Positions 62,915-64,000 of a stretch of DNA of 64,000 bases are shown here, piece by piece (position 1 is the first letter of the stretch; every line of letters starts with the position of its first letter). The stretch comes from Octopus bimaculoides. Its lineage: Eukaryota. The DNA lies in assembly GCF_001194135.2 (NCBI RefSeq), contig NC_069002.1, positions 27,383,705 through 27,447,704 on the forward strand, in the 5' to 3' direction. The position numbers were made by a program, and so were the translations under genes. Under the pieces are notes generated by a model. The model was given only the letters and a program-made list of their open reading frames with translations, ran no database searches and had not been told where the DNA came from.

Positions 62915-63155
62915 TGTGGCCTAGTGGTTAGGGGTGTTGGATTCATGATCGCACGATTGTGGTTTCAATTCGTGGATTGGGCACCATGTGTTCTTGAGCA
63001 AAACACTTCATTTCACGTTGCTCCAGTTCATTCAGCTGGCAAAAATGAGTAATCCTGTGAAGGGCCGGCGTCCCATCCAGGTGGGGAATATATACCCCAT
63101 GGAATCTGGTAAAACTGGTCCCTATGAGTCAGCATGACTCGGGAAGGAACTTTAC
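62915..63155 (+). mobile_element. Family G tRNA-derived SINE
   Basis: Head tggcctagtggttaggggtgttgg...gtttcaattc, shares the ttcttgagcaaaacac domain with family F but has a different tail; reverse copies 40497-40735, 32665-32842, 47555-47726, 35760-35935. Confidence 0.78.
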
Positions 63156-63404
63156 CTGTTATTTTTTTTTTTTATGTAAGATAGCAAAAAATAATTCCGG
63201 AGTACGTCTTGTTTCTCAGGAGTTATCTTATCTTCTGAAGTTACTTCCCTTGGCACAGGAAGTTTATGTCACTGCTGAATACAAGCAGTGTGCCAAACAT
63301 TAGCTTGTTTGTTTTACATGCATATGTATGTATCGCCTGGCTTTCACTCAAGCGGTCTAGGTTCGATTCCTAGCATAGGAATGGACATTTTCTTTTCGTA
63401 GAAG

Positions 63405-63782
63405 CAAGCATGATTTTGTGGTAAGAAGTTTGCTTCTCAACCACATTGTTCTGAGTTCAGTCCCACTGCGTAGCACCTTAGACAAGTGTCTTTTACATTA
63501 GCCTCAGACCGACCAAAATCATGTGAGTGGATTTGGTAGGCGGAAAGTGGAAGAAGCCCATCGTATATATATATATATATGTGTGTGTGTCTGTGTTTGT
63601 CCCTCCAACATCGCTTGCCAACCGATGCTGGCGTGTTTACGTTCCCATAATTTAGTGGTTCGGCAAAAGAGACCAATAGAATAAATACTAGGCTTACTAA
63701 GAATAAGTCTTGGGGTTGATTTGCTCGACTAAAGGTGGTGCTCCAGCATGGCTGCAGTCAAATGACTGAAACAAATAAAAGA
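63405..63782 (+). mobile_element. Family A tRNA-derived SINE (CORE-like domain), near full length
   Basis: tRNA-like head with degenerate A-box and B-box gttcagtcc, CORE-like caccttagacaagtgtcttt, central (TA)(TG) tract, tail ...ccagcatggctgcagtcaaatgactgaaac. Confidence 0.85.
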
Positions 63783-63839
63783 ATATATATGTGTGTGTGT
63801 GTGTACATATATATATATATATACATATATATATACATA

Positions 63840-64000
63840 TCATCATCATCATCATCATCATCGTTTAACGTCCGCTTGCCATGCTAGCATGGGTTGGACG
63901 ATTTGACTGAGGACTGGTGAAACCGGATGGCTGCACCAGTCTCCAATCTGATTTGGCAGAGTTTCTACAGCTGGATGCCCTTCCTAACGCCAACCACTCC
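63840..64000 (-). mobile_element. Family B RTE-related element (runs off the window)
   Basis: (cat)n-cgtttaacgtccgc... consensus. Confidence 0.85.

Noticed and set aside
63220-63303. Candidate last BCCIP exon after ttctcag
   Set aside because: The translation (ELSYLLKLLPLAQEV...) does not resemble the conserved BCCIP C-terminus; the real exon is probably beyond 64000.

Overview
AT-rich, repeat-dense animal genomic DNA with seven N-gaps. The SINE/MITE families and dense (TA)n/(CA)n/(CAT)n tracts look like an octopus (coleoid cephalopod) genome; this is recognition, not a database result. Two conserved genes lie head-to-head. NUP107 is on the minus strand: 24 coding exons reconstructed by hand, 47199 to 14881, about 875 aa, with compatible splice phases and a probable non-coding first exon ending at 51065. 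BCCIP is on the plus strand: ATG at 51919, six exons to 59394, exon 4 partly in a gap, and the last exon not found (probably beyond the window). Almost all ORFs in the supplied track are spurious products of microsatellites, SINEs or N-runs. The introns carry tRNA-derived SINEs, an RTE-related element with a (GAT)n tail, TTAA/piggyBac-type, hAT-type and mariner-type MITEs, two RLE-type non-LTR fragments and a Penelope-like GIY-YIG fragment. The most unusual signal is three different dispersed repeats that each fold as a minimal type I hammerhead-ribozyme-like motif with a palindromic stem III, the architecture known from Penelope-like elements and retrozymes. The first 15 kb has no confidently identifiable gene but shows hints of one or two unannotated transcription units. 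Repeat boundaries are approximate.
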